Source of the DNA: Blepharisma stoltei ATCC 30299 | Taxonomy: Eukaryota; Protista; Ciliophora | Length of the DNA stretch: 64,000 nucleotides | Assembly: GCA_965603825.1 (NCBI GenBank) | Contig: CBFDEM010000017.1 | Coordinates: 186,001-250,000 of the forward strand | Reading direction: 5' to 3' | In this document: one piece after another, positions 11,827-22,631 of the stretch | How the letters are laid out: every line of letters begins with the position of its first letter | How positions within the stretch are numbered: position 1 is the first letter of the stretch | Translations under genes and position numbers: made by a program | Notes under the pieces: model-generated | The model's input: the letters and a program-made list of their open reading frames with translations, nothing else | What the model was told of the DNA's origin: nothing | Databases searched by the model: none

Positions 11827-14025
11827 ATGGGTACATGCACTGCCAAGCAAGATGCAGTTGCCTCAAAAAAGCCTGCCCATATTAGAGTCCCTGACTTTGA
11901 TTACCTGAACCGTTCAAAAAAATTACTGTGCCACGTGACACCTGAATCAATTGAAAAGCATCAGTTCAAGTCAAAAATCAAAATCCGAGCCGATTCCACA
12001 GTCGGCTATATTTCTAATGACAGAATGATAGTGGTTGGGGGCAGTGATAGCTCAGGAATGTTTACAAATAATGCTTGCATTATAGATAGCAAAAGTAAAA
12101 AAGCGACCGTAATTGCTAGGCTTCCGATTTCTGCCAAAGAAGGGGTATTATTGGAGTATAATGAATGGATTTTTTATGTTGGAGCGGTCATACAAGATGA
12201 AGAATCCTTGATAGGAGTTTCAGGCGCTTCAGTGATGAGGTATAATGTTAATGAAAATTATTGGGAAATATTTTTAGATGAAGCAAATAAAGGGCATGAA
12301 GAAAATCCAATATCCAAAGAATTTAAATTGAAAGATTTGCTATATCCTGGGTGCTTTATGATTAATTCAAAAATTTATTTTGTTGGGGGGCAAAGAATCA
12401 ACACAAAAGGAAAGCTGAGGTCTAGCAAAAAAGTGTTCACATTGGATTGCAAGTCATTGAAAGTAAAAAAAGAAGAAATTAGGTTGCCAATTAAAGTTGT
12501 TAACCCGATTTGTGCTTCTGGCTCTGGGCATGCTATTATTGCTGGAGGTGATAACCCAAAAACCCAAAAACATAGCCTATATTGCTATTTATTTTCCCTC
12601 GACCCACGACCAGAATTCAAACCTATGGAGGTTATAGGGTTTTCATTGACAGAACATTATCCAGCTATTTATATACCAGGAAAAGGGCCAATCTTTATAA
12701 ACTACCCAGGAGTAGCATTTAAAGAAAAACATACAGCTAATTGGCATCATTTGGATTTTGCTAAAATTTCTCCAGATATAGAAGACCAAAATTTTAGCCA
12801 CCACAAATATGAAGTTGAAAAATTACCATCTGGTGAAGCTCATGAAACAGTCATGAATTTATCTGTTGAAATAGACATTTTAGCGAAATTAAAGAAAAAA
12901 GAGAAATTAAATGATGAGAAAGCGAAAACGCCAAAAAATGAAGAAAGTAAAGTCACTAAGGAACAAAGTGAAAAGGAAGAAATAGGAATTAAAAATAAAT
13001 CCTCAAGTATTAGTAATTCAAGCTCATCAGATAAAGAAGGGAAAGAATCTAAAGAAATATCTAAAGAAAAAACTGTAATAAATGCTGATGCTTCAAAAAG
13101 AGATGCCAAAGAAATAAAAATATCAAGTGAAGGCTCTAGTTCTTCAGACGAAAGTAATGTAAAGCGGAAAATAGAAATCAAACTTAACAAAAAAGTCCCA
13201 ACAATTATACATTCTCCAAAAGTTGATATAAAGACCAAAAGCAAAAAGCAGATAAGTGAATCTTCTGATGAAGAAAATTTTAGAGTATCTGCTCCAAAAA
13301 TTGAGAATTCTAAAGTAGAGCCAAAGCTAACGCTAAAGCTTCCAAAGCAAAGAAAGTCTTCTAGCAGTGACTATTCATCTGATATAGAAACTGGAAAAGC
13401 TGGCTTGAAGCCTAAAATACAAGCAAAAACTCATCTTCCTAAAATTGAAGCCAAAGCTAATGTCAAAAAGGGAAAAAATAAATTTTCCAATAGCAGTTCA
13501 TCTGAAGAGCCTAAAGGAGAAGTTTATGAGGAAGATAAAATCAGCAAAAAATCCTTGGTTATCAATGCCGAAACTCCTAAGGAAGAGCATAAAATTGTGC
13601 TAAAGCTCCCAAGACAAAGAAAATCTTCAAGCAGTGACTACTCATCTGACATAGAAACTGGCAAGCCTGGCTTGAAACCTAAAATTCAATCAAAAACAGC
13701 AACTCCAAAAGTTAATGCCAAAATCAAAAATAAAAGATCTTCAAGTAGCAGCTCATTAGAAGAATTAAGAGGAAAAGCAGAAACAGAAATCCCTGGAATC
13801 AAAGCAAGCAAAACTCCAGTTTTTAAAGCTGATATTAAAGCTTCTGAATCCAAAAATAAAAAGAAATCAAGCAGTAGCTCAAGTGAAAATAGCAGTAGTG
13901 AGAGAAAAATAGGGATTTCACTAAAAGGGTCAAAAATGAAAGCTAATGAAGAAGAGGCTGGAGAAAAAGGAGAAAATAAATTGAATGTGAAAGGAGGAAA
14001 AATCAAAGGAAAAGTAAAACTTTAA
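11827..14025 (+). CDS. Kelch-like beta-propeller protein with Ser/Lys/Glu-rich repetitive tail; N-terminal MGTC acylation motif
   Basis: Kelch-like blades (IVVGG, IFYVG, IYFVGG, IIAGG) in the first ~310 aa, then a low-complexity tail with an internal repeat. Confidence 0.75.
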   Translation: MGTCTAKQDAVASKKPAHIRVPDFDYLNRSKKLLCHVTPESIEKHQFKSKIKIRADSTVGYISNDRMIVVGGSDSSGMFTNNACIIDSKSKKATVIARLPISAKEGVLLEYNEWIFYVGAVIQDEESLIGVSGASVMRYNVNENYWEIFLDEANKGHEENPISKEFKLKDLLYPGCFMINSKIYFVGGQRINTKGKLRSSKKVFTLDCKSLKVKKEEIRLPIKVVNPICASGSGHAIIAGGDNPKTQKHSLYCYLFSLDPRPEFKPMEVIGFSLTEHYPAIYIPGKGPIFINYPGVAFKEKHTANWHHLDFAKISPDIEDQNFSHHKYEVEKLPSGEAHETVMNLSVEIDILAKLKKKEKLNDEKAKTPKNEESKVTKEQSEKEEIGIKNKSSSISNSSSSDKEGKESKEISKEKTVINADASKRDAKEIKISSEGSSSSDESNVKRKIEIKLNKKVPTIIHSPKVDIKTKSKKQISESSDEENFRVSAPKIENSKVEPKLTLKLPKQRKSSSSDYSSDIETGKAGLKPKIQAKTHLPKIEAKANVKKGKNKFSNSSSSEEPKGEVYEEDKISKKSLVINAETPKEEHKIVLKLPRQRKSSSSDYSSDIETGKPGLKPKIQSKTATPKVNAKIKNKRSSSSSSLEELRGKAETEIPGIKASKTPVFKADIKASESKNKKKSSSSSSENSSSERKIGISLKGSKMKANEEEAGEKGENKLNVKGGKIKGKVKL
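13333..13689 (+). repeat. Intragenic duplication of ~90 bp (13333-13422 and 13600-13689)
   Basis: LKLPKQRKSSSSDYSSDIETGKAGLKPKIQ versus LKLPRQRKSSSSDYSSDIETGKPGLKPKIQ, 267 nt apart, with mostly synonymous differences. Confidence 0.85.
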
Positions 14026-14518
14026 CAATAAAATATATAATAAATTTTAGGAAATTTTAAGTATGGTAGAATTATGTTGTAGAGTAAGTATTATATTTTT
14101 GTTACTCTCAAAAGGGAATAAGTTTTCCAAGGTGAGGGACGTAGTTAGCTCAGTATATAATATATCTGATAAGCAGGCTACGAAAAGACTTAGAAGAGAT
14201 GTGCTAAGAAGAGTATAATCCATCATGTTCAGGTAGGCTTTAAAATAATTTTTAAATTCGAAAGGTGGGAAAATCAATGCAAAAGGAAACATTGCAGAAA
14301 ATAAATAATAAATCGCAAGGAATATAAATGTTAAATAAGCTAATTTTTAGCTATTAAGTTCTTAAAAAGAAGTTATCTAAAGCAATTAAAAAATCTAATA
14401 TAAATCTCTTGTATCTACCTATATTGAGCATAAATTATTATAGCCAAGATACGTTTTAAAAAATAGTTTATTTCATATTGTTGAACTTAAGGATAATTCG
14501 AAAATATCGAATAGTAAA

Positions 14519-16060
14519 ATGTCGTCAATAAATATTATGATTAGTGCTGATGGAAATCAAAAAAAAACACCCAAACGAATTTCTATGACTCAGAGTAGAG
14601 CACATAAAAAATCAAACAACCCAGACATCAGCGCAATCAAAATTCACGAGACCAAAATTTTTGAAGAAGAAAAAATTTCATTAAGCTTCACACCAAATTT
14701 TTCCTTTAAAAAAAACACTCGATTCCAAGACGCCGCTTTGCCTTATGGATCAAAAATAAAAAATCAATTCCCACTTTTAAAGACTATAAAATCAATCAAC
14801 AAGAAACAAACTGGTACAACACCTAAGCACATTCCAGCAGCCGAAAGGCTTTTTGTTGCAGATATTGATTACCCAGACATTGTTTCATGTTTAAAATCAA
14901 GAGGCTGAAGAGAATGCAATGATTTAAATAGAGATAGATTTACATTAAAATTTGTGAAAAACGCAAAACTCCCTGATTATATTAGGCCAAATCAAATTAT
15001 TAATCACATAGCACACATAAATGAATTATCGACAAAAGTGAAAATCTGCAGAAATTTAAAAAAATTCCCAATATCTTATGATTTTTTCCCTGAGTGCTAT
15101 ATTGTAGGCCCAAAAGATTCTCCAGATGAGTTCATAGAAGCTTTTAAGAAAAATGAAGCTGAGTCAGTGTTAAAGCTATATAAAGAAAATGCAAGCCAAG
15201 TAGTCAGTGATGATTTGATAAAAGCATTAAAATTTTTGCAGAAAAAGCTATCAATAGAAGAAAAAAACCAAGAAAATGCTGATAAACAGGTAGAAGACTG
15301 CTTGAGAATGCTTGAAACTGATAAACAATATTCAATTCATGGTACTAAAAATATATGAATTGTTAAGCCTGGCTTCAAATCACGAGGAAGAGATATTCTG
15401 CTTTATAGATCTCTTGACGATATTTTAGAATACACCAAAAACAATTCTTGGGTTATACAAAAATATATAGAAAACCCATTAATTATCAATAAACGCAAAT
15501 TTGATATACGGCAGTGGGTCTTAATTACTTGTTTCAACACCTTTGAAATATTTTTCTATAAGAAATGTTATTTACGTTTTTCAGTTAAAGAGTATGATTT
15601 ATCTGAAATCGATGATTTATATATACATTTAACGAACAATTCAATCGCAAAATATAGTCCATCATTTAAAGCAGAAGACAGCATGTGGCACATTGATCAA
15701 TTTATAGAGTGGCTGATTGAAGAAAATAAAGATGATATTTGGAATAAAACCATTTTGCCTGATGTTAAAAATATCATTATAAATACTGCTAAATCTGCTA
15801 AAGCCAAAATATCGGCAAAGAAAAATACATTTGAACTGCTAGGGTTTGATTTTATGATAGATTCAAATTTTAGGCCTTGGTTGATTGAAGTTAATACAAG
15901 CCCAGCAATGGATTATAGTACAGTAATTAATATTTAGAATATTACCGAAGAACTCGTAAAAAAGGTGCTTCCTGATACCATGAAAGTGATCCTTGATCTT
16001 CCTTGCGACCCAAATGCGTCAATTGGAGATTTTGAAAAAATAGCATCTTTTATTATCTAA
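14519..16060 (+). CDS. TTLL3/8-type tubulin glycylase-like ligase
   Basis: YPDI..CL.SRG(W), NI(W)[60 protein letters not shown]. Intron 15923-15937; TAA at 16058-16060. Confidence 0.88.
15923..15937 (+). other. 15-nt intron gtaattaatatttag
   Basis: Removal gives MDYST-NITEELV, matching [12 protein letters not shown] in the intron-less region of the paralog near 61070. Confidence 0.92.
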
Positions 16061-16088
16061 TATAATTAATAAGAATGGGAATATTTCT

Positions 16089-17194
16089 TTATAAATTTGA
16101 TGAAAACCAAAATATAGATCAGTAGAGGGGAGTAAAACACCAACAATAACTAAGCCAATGCTTTATATTCCTCTCTTTTACTGTCTGGTCACATAAATAG
16201 CTTCTTATAGCTGGCTCATAAAGCTCACTTATAGGAATTTTGTGATGGAGCAAAGAAATACCATCAGAATCCCTGAAATCAATAGAAATTTCTTTATTTT
16301 TTATTTCTATGCTTGCGAAACTTTTAATAAAGATTCTTCTGCCTATGTTATAGGTAAATGGCTGCAAGGTATTCGTTTGGATGGGAAAAATAAATCCCCA
16401 TTGGGTCTTTACGGAGTGCGTAAGTCCACTTGTTGTGATTTCATATATTGGGTATTTATAACATTGATTTTTCATAAGTTCTGAATGATGGACATCGCCT
16501 AAAACTAAAATTACACCAGGGTGGCTATTTAGAAGATTTAACAGTCTAATTCGACTATATTCGTTAGCCTTCCTTCTACATTAATTTGTAGCCCATTCAT
16601 TATTAAATAGAGATCAACAGTGTCGCTTAATTCATTTTCAAGCCACTTTCATTGAATTTCTCCTAAGACATCGGCATGTTCATTGCTAGAGGGATCCATA
16701 AAGGTTCTGTCATCCAATAAAATTATTTTAATTTTCAAGTCATTTTCGGTAAAATAATAAGAATCGTATAAACCTTCTCGCTGATATCTTTTACTGCTCT
16801 TTGGTTCATCAATAAAATCTAAAAATAGCTTTTTTGACAATTCTTTATAAGGGAAGTTTTTATCTGAATTATTAGGTCCATAATCATGGTCGTCCCAAAC
16901 CCCTAAAATTCTTGTAGATTCTCTAAGTTCTTTATAGCCTTCATCATTTTTTTGAACATCATACTTTAGTTTCCAATGTTTTTCTTCATTAGGGATAATT
17001 GTTTGGAATAAATTATCTCCTCTATCTGAATATATTGCATCTCCAAGTCATATGAATGCATCAGGATTTAAACGTTTTATCGAATATCATATAGATGGAT
17101 TTTTCAAATCACGATGAAACCCAGCACAAGATCCTGCTGTGAATAAAATTGCTTCGCAGAAGTGCCAGAGGAGAAACAAAAATATCTTCACCAT
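16089..17194 (-). pseudogene. phoD: PhoD-family alkaline phosphatase with signal peptide, frameshifted
   Basis: AGSCA, PDAFI(W)LGDAIYSD, GVWDDHDYG, ILLDDRTF, LGEIQ(W)KWLE, then a frame change near 16570 before SRIRLL...GDVHHSE...EITTSGLTH. A second probable frameshift near 16150 displaces a hydrophobic anchor. Confidence 0.8.
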
Positions 17195-17786
17195 TATAAA
17201 TAATACTTATTTTTTGCTAGAAAATATTAGGTTTATGTCATATTTTTTGATTAAAGTTTTATTATTTTTAAAATTATTTCTCTATTAAAATTAACTTTAA
17301 TTTTAATTATGAAAATGCTGCTTTTATTTTGTCGCGAGAACTTGGCTGCAAAGAGCATTATAAAGAAAAATGGCTAGGCTATCTGAAATATTAAATACTA
17401 ATTAAAAACGATTATGATATTAAATTAATATGCTATATAATTGATAATTAAAGATCTGTCTATAAAGTGGCTGATATATTAAAACAAGATTATTTAAGCT
17501 GGATGCCTTATTCACATTTTCTTATTCTTGTCTATCATCGAATTTATACTATATTTCTTCTCTTAGATAATAGCAATTCTATTTTTAGCTGTCTCTCTTT
17601 TCATAGCTAAAATTTTAGTATCTTAATATTGCTTTTGCTAAACTCAACTATTGGCGTTCTTATTTTTTATTCACGATAAAATTAAAATTTATACCTAAGC
17701 GGTAAAACCTATTGATTTAAAAAGTCTTTATTCGAAAGAGGAAAAAATCAGCTAAAGCCCCAAATTAATAATTTTTAAATTCAATT

Positions 17787-18413
17787 ATGCAAAAAGGAAG
17801 ACTGTTACCTTTACACAAAAGAAGGCTGCTTCAAGAAGCTCAAGCTGCTTACAAGCTTCTTAAGCTTGAAAAAATGTACTCATCAAGCTCATACAATTCC
17901 TCTCCCATTGATTTTGCAATGCCATCAATTAAGACAGGAGATATTTGCTCTGTTCGCTTAGAAGGCACCCACCCAGGAATAGCAAAAGTTCTTGAAATTA
18001 AAGAAGAATCCGGTGTCAAAACTTGCAAAATTCAGTGGTTTTATCGTGCAATACAAGACTTGGAGCTCAGCCATGACTTTTTAGGGTCCAACGAGCTTTT
18101 TATTTCTAACCTAATTCAAAATGTTGATCTAGCTTGCATTGATTGTAAAGTTGATGTAGTAAGCTTAGAAGAGTATAAAACTCTTGATAAAAGTGATTCT
18201 GACTTGTATTTTACAAGAGCATCTTATGATCCTAAGAAAAAGACCGTTAACCCTACCTTCTCAAGGTGAAAAAGAGTCTGCTATTGCAAAAAGCCAGAAA
18301 ACCCAGACAAAGAATTTATAAATTGTGCAAAGTGTCATGCATTGTTTCATCTCGCATGTATAGGTGATTTTTTCGGTAAATATTTGTGTAAAAAATGCAC
18401 AAAAAATAATTAA
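17787..18413 (+). CDS. Small BAH-PHD chromatin reader, EBS/SHL-like architecture (208 aa)
   Basis: BAH (IKTGD..., IQWFYR, GSNELFIS, CIDCKVDV, YFTRASYDP), then after TGA=Trp a C4HC3 PHD (CYCKKPENPD...CAKC..LFHLAC...YLCKKC). TAA at 18411-18413. Confidence 0.88.
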
Positions 18414-18481
18414 TTAATTTTTTGGAAAATTTTATAAATATTTTTATTTACTAGGACTAATTTTTACATCAAAATTGAATA

Positions 18482-21422
18482 CTAAAATTCAAATAAATTC
18501 CCTAACGCTGGAATAAAGCTTTTTAGTCTTTCATGTACAATAGCTCGTTTCGATTCTTCTTCAATGATCCTATATGCAAGCCAAACTGGATATGGGTTGC
18601 TACGTGAATATATTTTCATCTTTATTGCTTCTAATAAATGCTGGACTTCTTCTTGGTATTGGTTCCAGCTTTCACATTCGCTAAACCTCCATAAAATTTC
18701 AATAAAATTTTCTTCCAAGGTGTCTTCACATTGCTGGATTTTTTCTGCAGCTTCTTCAGGACTAGATACATGTGAAATTTTATATAAAGATTCTCCAGAA
18801 AAAATTCTAAGTTTTGTGTTTAATTCAGCTAAATTTTCAAAAGAAATTGCTCGGACTTCTTCTTCTTCCTCTGAAAGAAAAGTTTCGGCGTAGGCATCAA
18901 ATAGCTGTCTAGCTAGGCTTACAGAGTAAGGACGAGCTGATATATGCTTTAGCAGTAAATCAAATTCTTGATATTGAAGATAGCCATCTTCGTTTAAATC
19001 TGCAGCTTCATAAATAATTTTTACAAAATTTAATGCTTGATTTTTATGAATACGATAAGCATCTACAAGTATTTCTAAAAATGCATCAATTTCTATTATA
19101 CCATGCCTATTAAATCCCGTTGTATCATGACTTTTCAGCGATTCTAGCTTTGCTTTAATGTCGGTAAAATCTTCTTTCGAAAAAAATTTCTCATAAAGTT
19201 TCATAATTTCCACACACCTCACAAACGGCACAAAATGTTTTTCAGAATTTTCCTGATTTGGGATATTTTTTCCAGATGGAGAATTATTTAGCGACGACAA
19301 AGCTTCTAAAAAGAACTCAAGGTCTCCTCCATCAAAGCTATCATAAAGCCCCAAAAACCTTCCAAAAACTCTAACCCTCGTTATAGTTCTATATTTCATA
19401 CAGCTTGATAATAAATGATTAAATCTGTTTTCTGCAGCTTTTTTCATGACGTATTTTTTCATTAATACAGTGAATACAAATGCACCGAATTCTTCTTTTT
19501 TGGACTTAGTTTGGATTCTTTCATCGTAAAATTGAGTGATTAATTTTAAAAGCATTTTTTTAAACATCACTTTTTTGAGTTTAAATATAGGAGTTGTGGA
19601 GACTTTTTTGATAATCGACAATGTTTCTTCTTCATATGGATTTTTGTCCTTTTTGTCTTCTTCGTTTCCTATGATAGTTTGTAGCATTTTTTGTTTCTTT
19701 TTAAAAGTTGCATCATCTTCTACAACTGAACTATCATCAAATCCAGGAATATTTTCTAAAGGATGCTTCACCAAAATTTTTAATGCTTGAGAAAGACCTT
19801 TGTACAATGATGATAATAGCGGCGAATGAGGCATGTTTTGATAGTTCATTTCTTTGTAAATATCCCTATTTGCCAATTACCTCTTTTACATTATAAACAA
19901 CTTGCTTTACGTGATTGTGCTTTCTTTTTAAATCTGCAATGTCAATTTCGTCTTTTTCTTCTAATTTTTTAAACACCATGAATTCATCAATTTCTTCTTT
20001 TTCAGCTTTGTCTAATAAATTAACAAATTCTTGAAGTCTTATATCTCCTATAGATTCTTTATCAGACTCCACAACTGACTCAGCTTTTTTCTTACGAGCT
20101 TTTACTCCAATGCTTTCACCGCATAGGTCTACTACATCTGTTTGCAATAATTCATTAGCAGTTTTTATTACTGGGGCGTCTATTCCTTTATCTCTATAGT
20201 CTTCTTGCTTAAAAACGTCTTCTTCTTGATTCTCATTGTAGGTGATTTCATCTGCTAGATTTTCTCTTTCTATGATCACATTTATAGGAGTAAGCACTGG
20301 ATCTTTGGTAAGCTGCCTTATGATGAACCCTTCGTCTTTTGGTTTGATTTTTTTATGATTTTCCAAGATTATGTTGCCTTTATTGTCTGTTTTGAATTTA
20401 GCATTGGTCGAATTTAACTTTGCAGATAAAATTCTATTATCTTCTTTTATTATAAGAATTTCTTTTTTTATAGCTTTATAATGCTCCTGAATAGTTTGCA
20501 GTGTAGTTGTCAATCTTTCTTCTCTAAAAGTTTTGACCATAATAGTATCATCTTTAAATTTTATATCTCTATGCAGCTGCTCCACATTTTCATTGAGTTT
20601 TTCTATAAGCCTTTCCATCTGTGCTATCTGTTCTTTATAATGGTTTTGGAGCCTTACTTTGTCATTCATATGCTCTTCATTGGTGAGCATTAGTTTAGCT
20701 TGGCTAATTCTCAAAGCTCTTTCAAAAACATTTTGGTAGGCTTTTCATATAGTTGTGATCAGCTCTCCTCTTTCTTTGCATTGTACAGTAATTTGTCGGA
20801 TAATTTCATTTATACATGTGGTATATATTCTGTTGGTTTCTTCAAGCATTTTTTCAGGCTCTGCAGTTTCTTCGGCAAGCTTAAGAAGCATTCTGTCGAC
20901 CCATTCAGCTAACAATTCGACATCTTTTCGACCGGCTGGGGCACCAAATTCGAATTTTTCTGGGGATGAATATTTGTTTTCAGATGTTTTTAAATTAGGA
21001 ATTGATAATGTAGATCGATGCATAGGCTTAGGTTGTTCTGAATCAGATAAGTCAAAATCAGAAATTATCCCTAATGCTTCGTATAAATCAGGTGAGCTGG
21101 ATTTTGGCATTTTTGATATTGGATCTAATATATAAGACACACCACTACTTTTAGCAAGCAGTTTCGGTATTTTTTCTCTATCAGATTTTAATAAAGCGCT
21201 CACAATATTGCTATTGGATATAACAGAAATTGGATTTTGATTGGGACTTGACTTAGAAGAAGATGTCATTGCTCTTCTGCTTAATGAAATTTTAGGGGTT
21301 TTCGGAGTTGAAACTTGACTACTTATGCTGGATCTTAATATTTGTGAAGCTTGGGTTGTGTTACTAGATGAGGGCTGAGATGATGACTTTACTCTATGTC
21401 TTGTTTTCATTGAATTATACAT
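18482..21422 (-). CDS. Axonemal dynein light chain (p28/AXDND1)-like domain + coiled coil + TSNAXIP1-like/EF-hand protein (~974 aa)
   Basis: EIIRQITVQCKERGELI(W) motif. TGA at 20745 read through; a 16-nt excision (19865-19880) joins the last two ORFs. EF-hand DLNEDGYLQYQEF. Confidence 0.7.
19865..19880 (-). other. Non-canonical 16-nt GT-GG intron gtaattggcaaatagg
   Basis: Excising 15 nt leads to TAG about 45 codons later. Excising 16 nt joins VKE to DIYKEMNY of the 464-aa ORF. Confidence 0.7.
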
Positions 21423-21822
21423 TTAATATGAAATATATAACATTGTTATTTTGAGATAATATTTTAACTAAGCATAGAAGAGAAACTGCCCTGACAATAA
21501 TAAATTTTGTTATTTTTGTTATATTTACAGTTAATTATTGCTATTTAGCTATTGAAACATTTTTTTTGGAAGTTACACTTATAGCATAGGATAGCTCTCT
21601 ATTTACAGTGATTTATTTATAAATATTTTTATAAAGATAAATACATATGAAACATCTTTAAATATTTGTTTATCAAAAATTACTTTATTGTGAGACTTTT
21701 ACCAAAAAATATCAATAAAAGCTCTCAATCAGATTTTATTTTCCCAATATTTTCCTTATATTTCCGTATAGGCTCATAAATTAACATCTAAAAACCTATA
21801 TTAAAATCAAGATCTAAAATAA

Positions 21823-22179
21823 TTAAAGTTTTGGAGATTTAGGGAGAATATCAGGAGTGAATTTGCTAGCCTTTGCCATGTTTCCTTTAATTTTCATCTT
21901 TCCTTGCATAAAGGCGACTTGTGGGTTGAGTTTTCCTTGGGCGACAGCAATTAAATCGTCATCAGTCATGGTGAATGTTGCATCAGCAGTTCCGACTCTT
22001 CCTTTAGCAAAAGACCCATTTCCGTTCTTGAGATCAATTGTAAAAACAACTGGCTCAGCACCAGGAGCTGCAAGGATTTCAAAGTGGTAGATTGCTCCAA
22101 TTTTTTTGACAAGATCTGCGCCAGTTGTCTGGAGAATTGGTGCCATCTCGTTGAAAAGCTTTTCGGACTTGAGAGCCAT
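21823..22179 (-). CDS. SCP2 sterol carrier domain protein with PTS1-like -PKL end
   Basis: FTIDLKNGNG, ADATFTMTDDD, GKLNPQVAFMQGKMKIKGNM. Confidence 0.92.
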   Translation of the reverse strand: MALKSEKLFNEMAPILQTTGADLVKKIGAIYHFEILAAPGAEPVVFTIDLKNGNGSFAKGRVGTADATFTMTDDDLIAVAQGKLNPQVAFMQGKMKIKGNMAKASKFTPDILPKSPKL

Positions 22180-22631
22180 TATTTTTATCACCATGTTTTC
22201 ACACGTATAGATGAAATCAAGATAATTTTTCAATAAATTTTGGGGTAAATTAATGTGATTTTAATAGGAAGGCTGGGGTTTTAAAAAGAAATTAATTATA
22301 TTTTACGTTGTAGGAACAGATTGTGGCCAATATATAAAATTATTGGAATTTAGAGGTTTTTTATGATAATAATGAATTATTTGATGTTTCTATTAGAAAA
22401 TTATAGAGTAGAAGATAAGAATCCTTTACAAATAGCTTATATAGCTTATTTTATAAAATAAAATTTATCTTTGTAAATACCTCATTTATTACCTAATAAA
22501 TACTCAAAAATCTTTATTTTCTTTCAAATCTCCCTTATCTTTTATCCTCTCTCTATTTTCTAATTTTCCCTAAATACTATTAAAATTGAAACTATACCAA
22601 AAACATATAAAAATATTTCGTAAAGTTCTAA

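Noticed and set aside
14047-14292. 81-aa minus-strand ORF
   Set aside because: No motif, AT-rich composition; probably spurious.
16570-16580. 11-nt GT-AG 'intron' (gtagaaggaag) that would repair the phoD frame
   Set aside because: It is too short, purine-rich and unlike the consensus, and the conserved E-x-W motif would still be missing.
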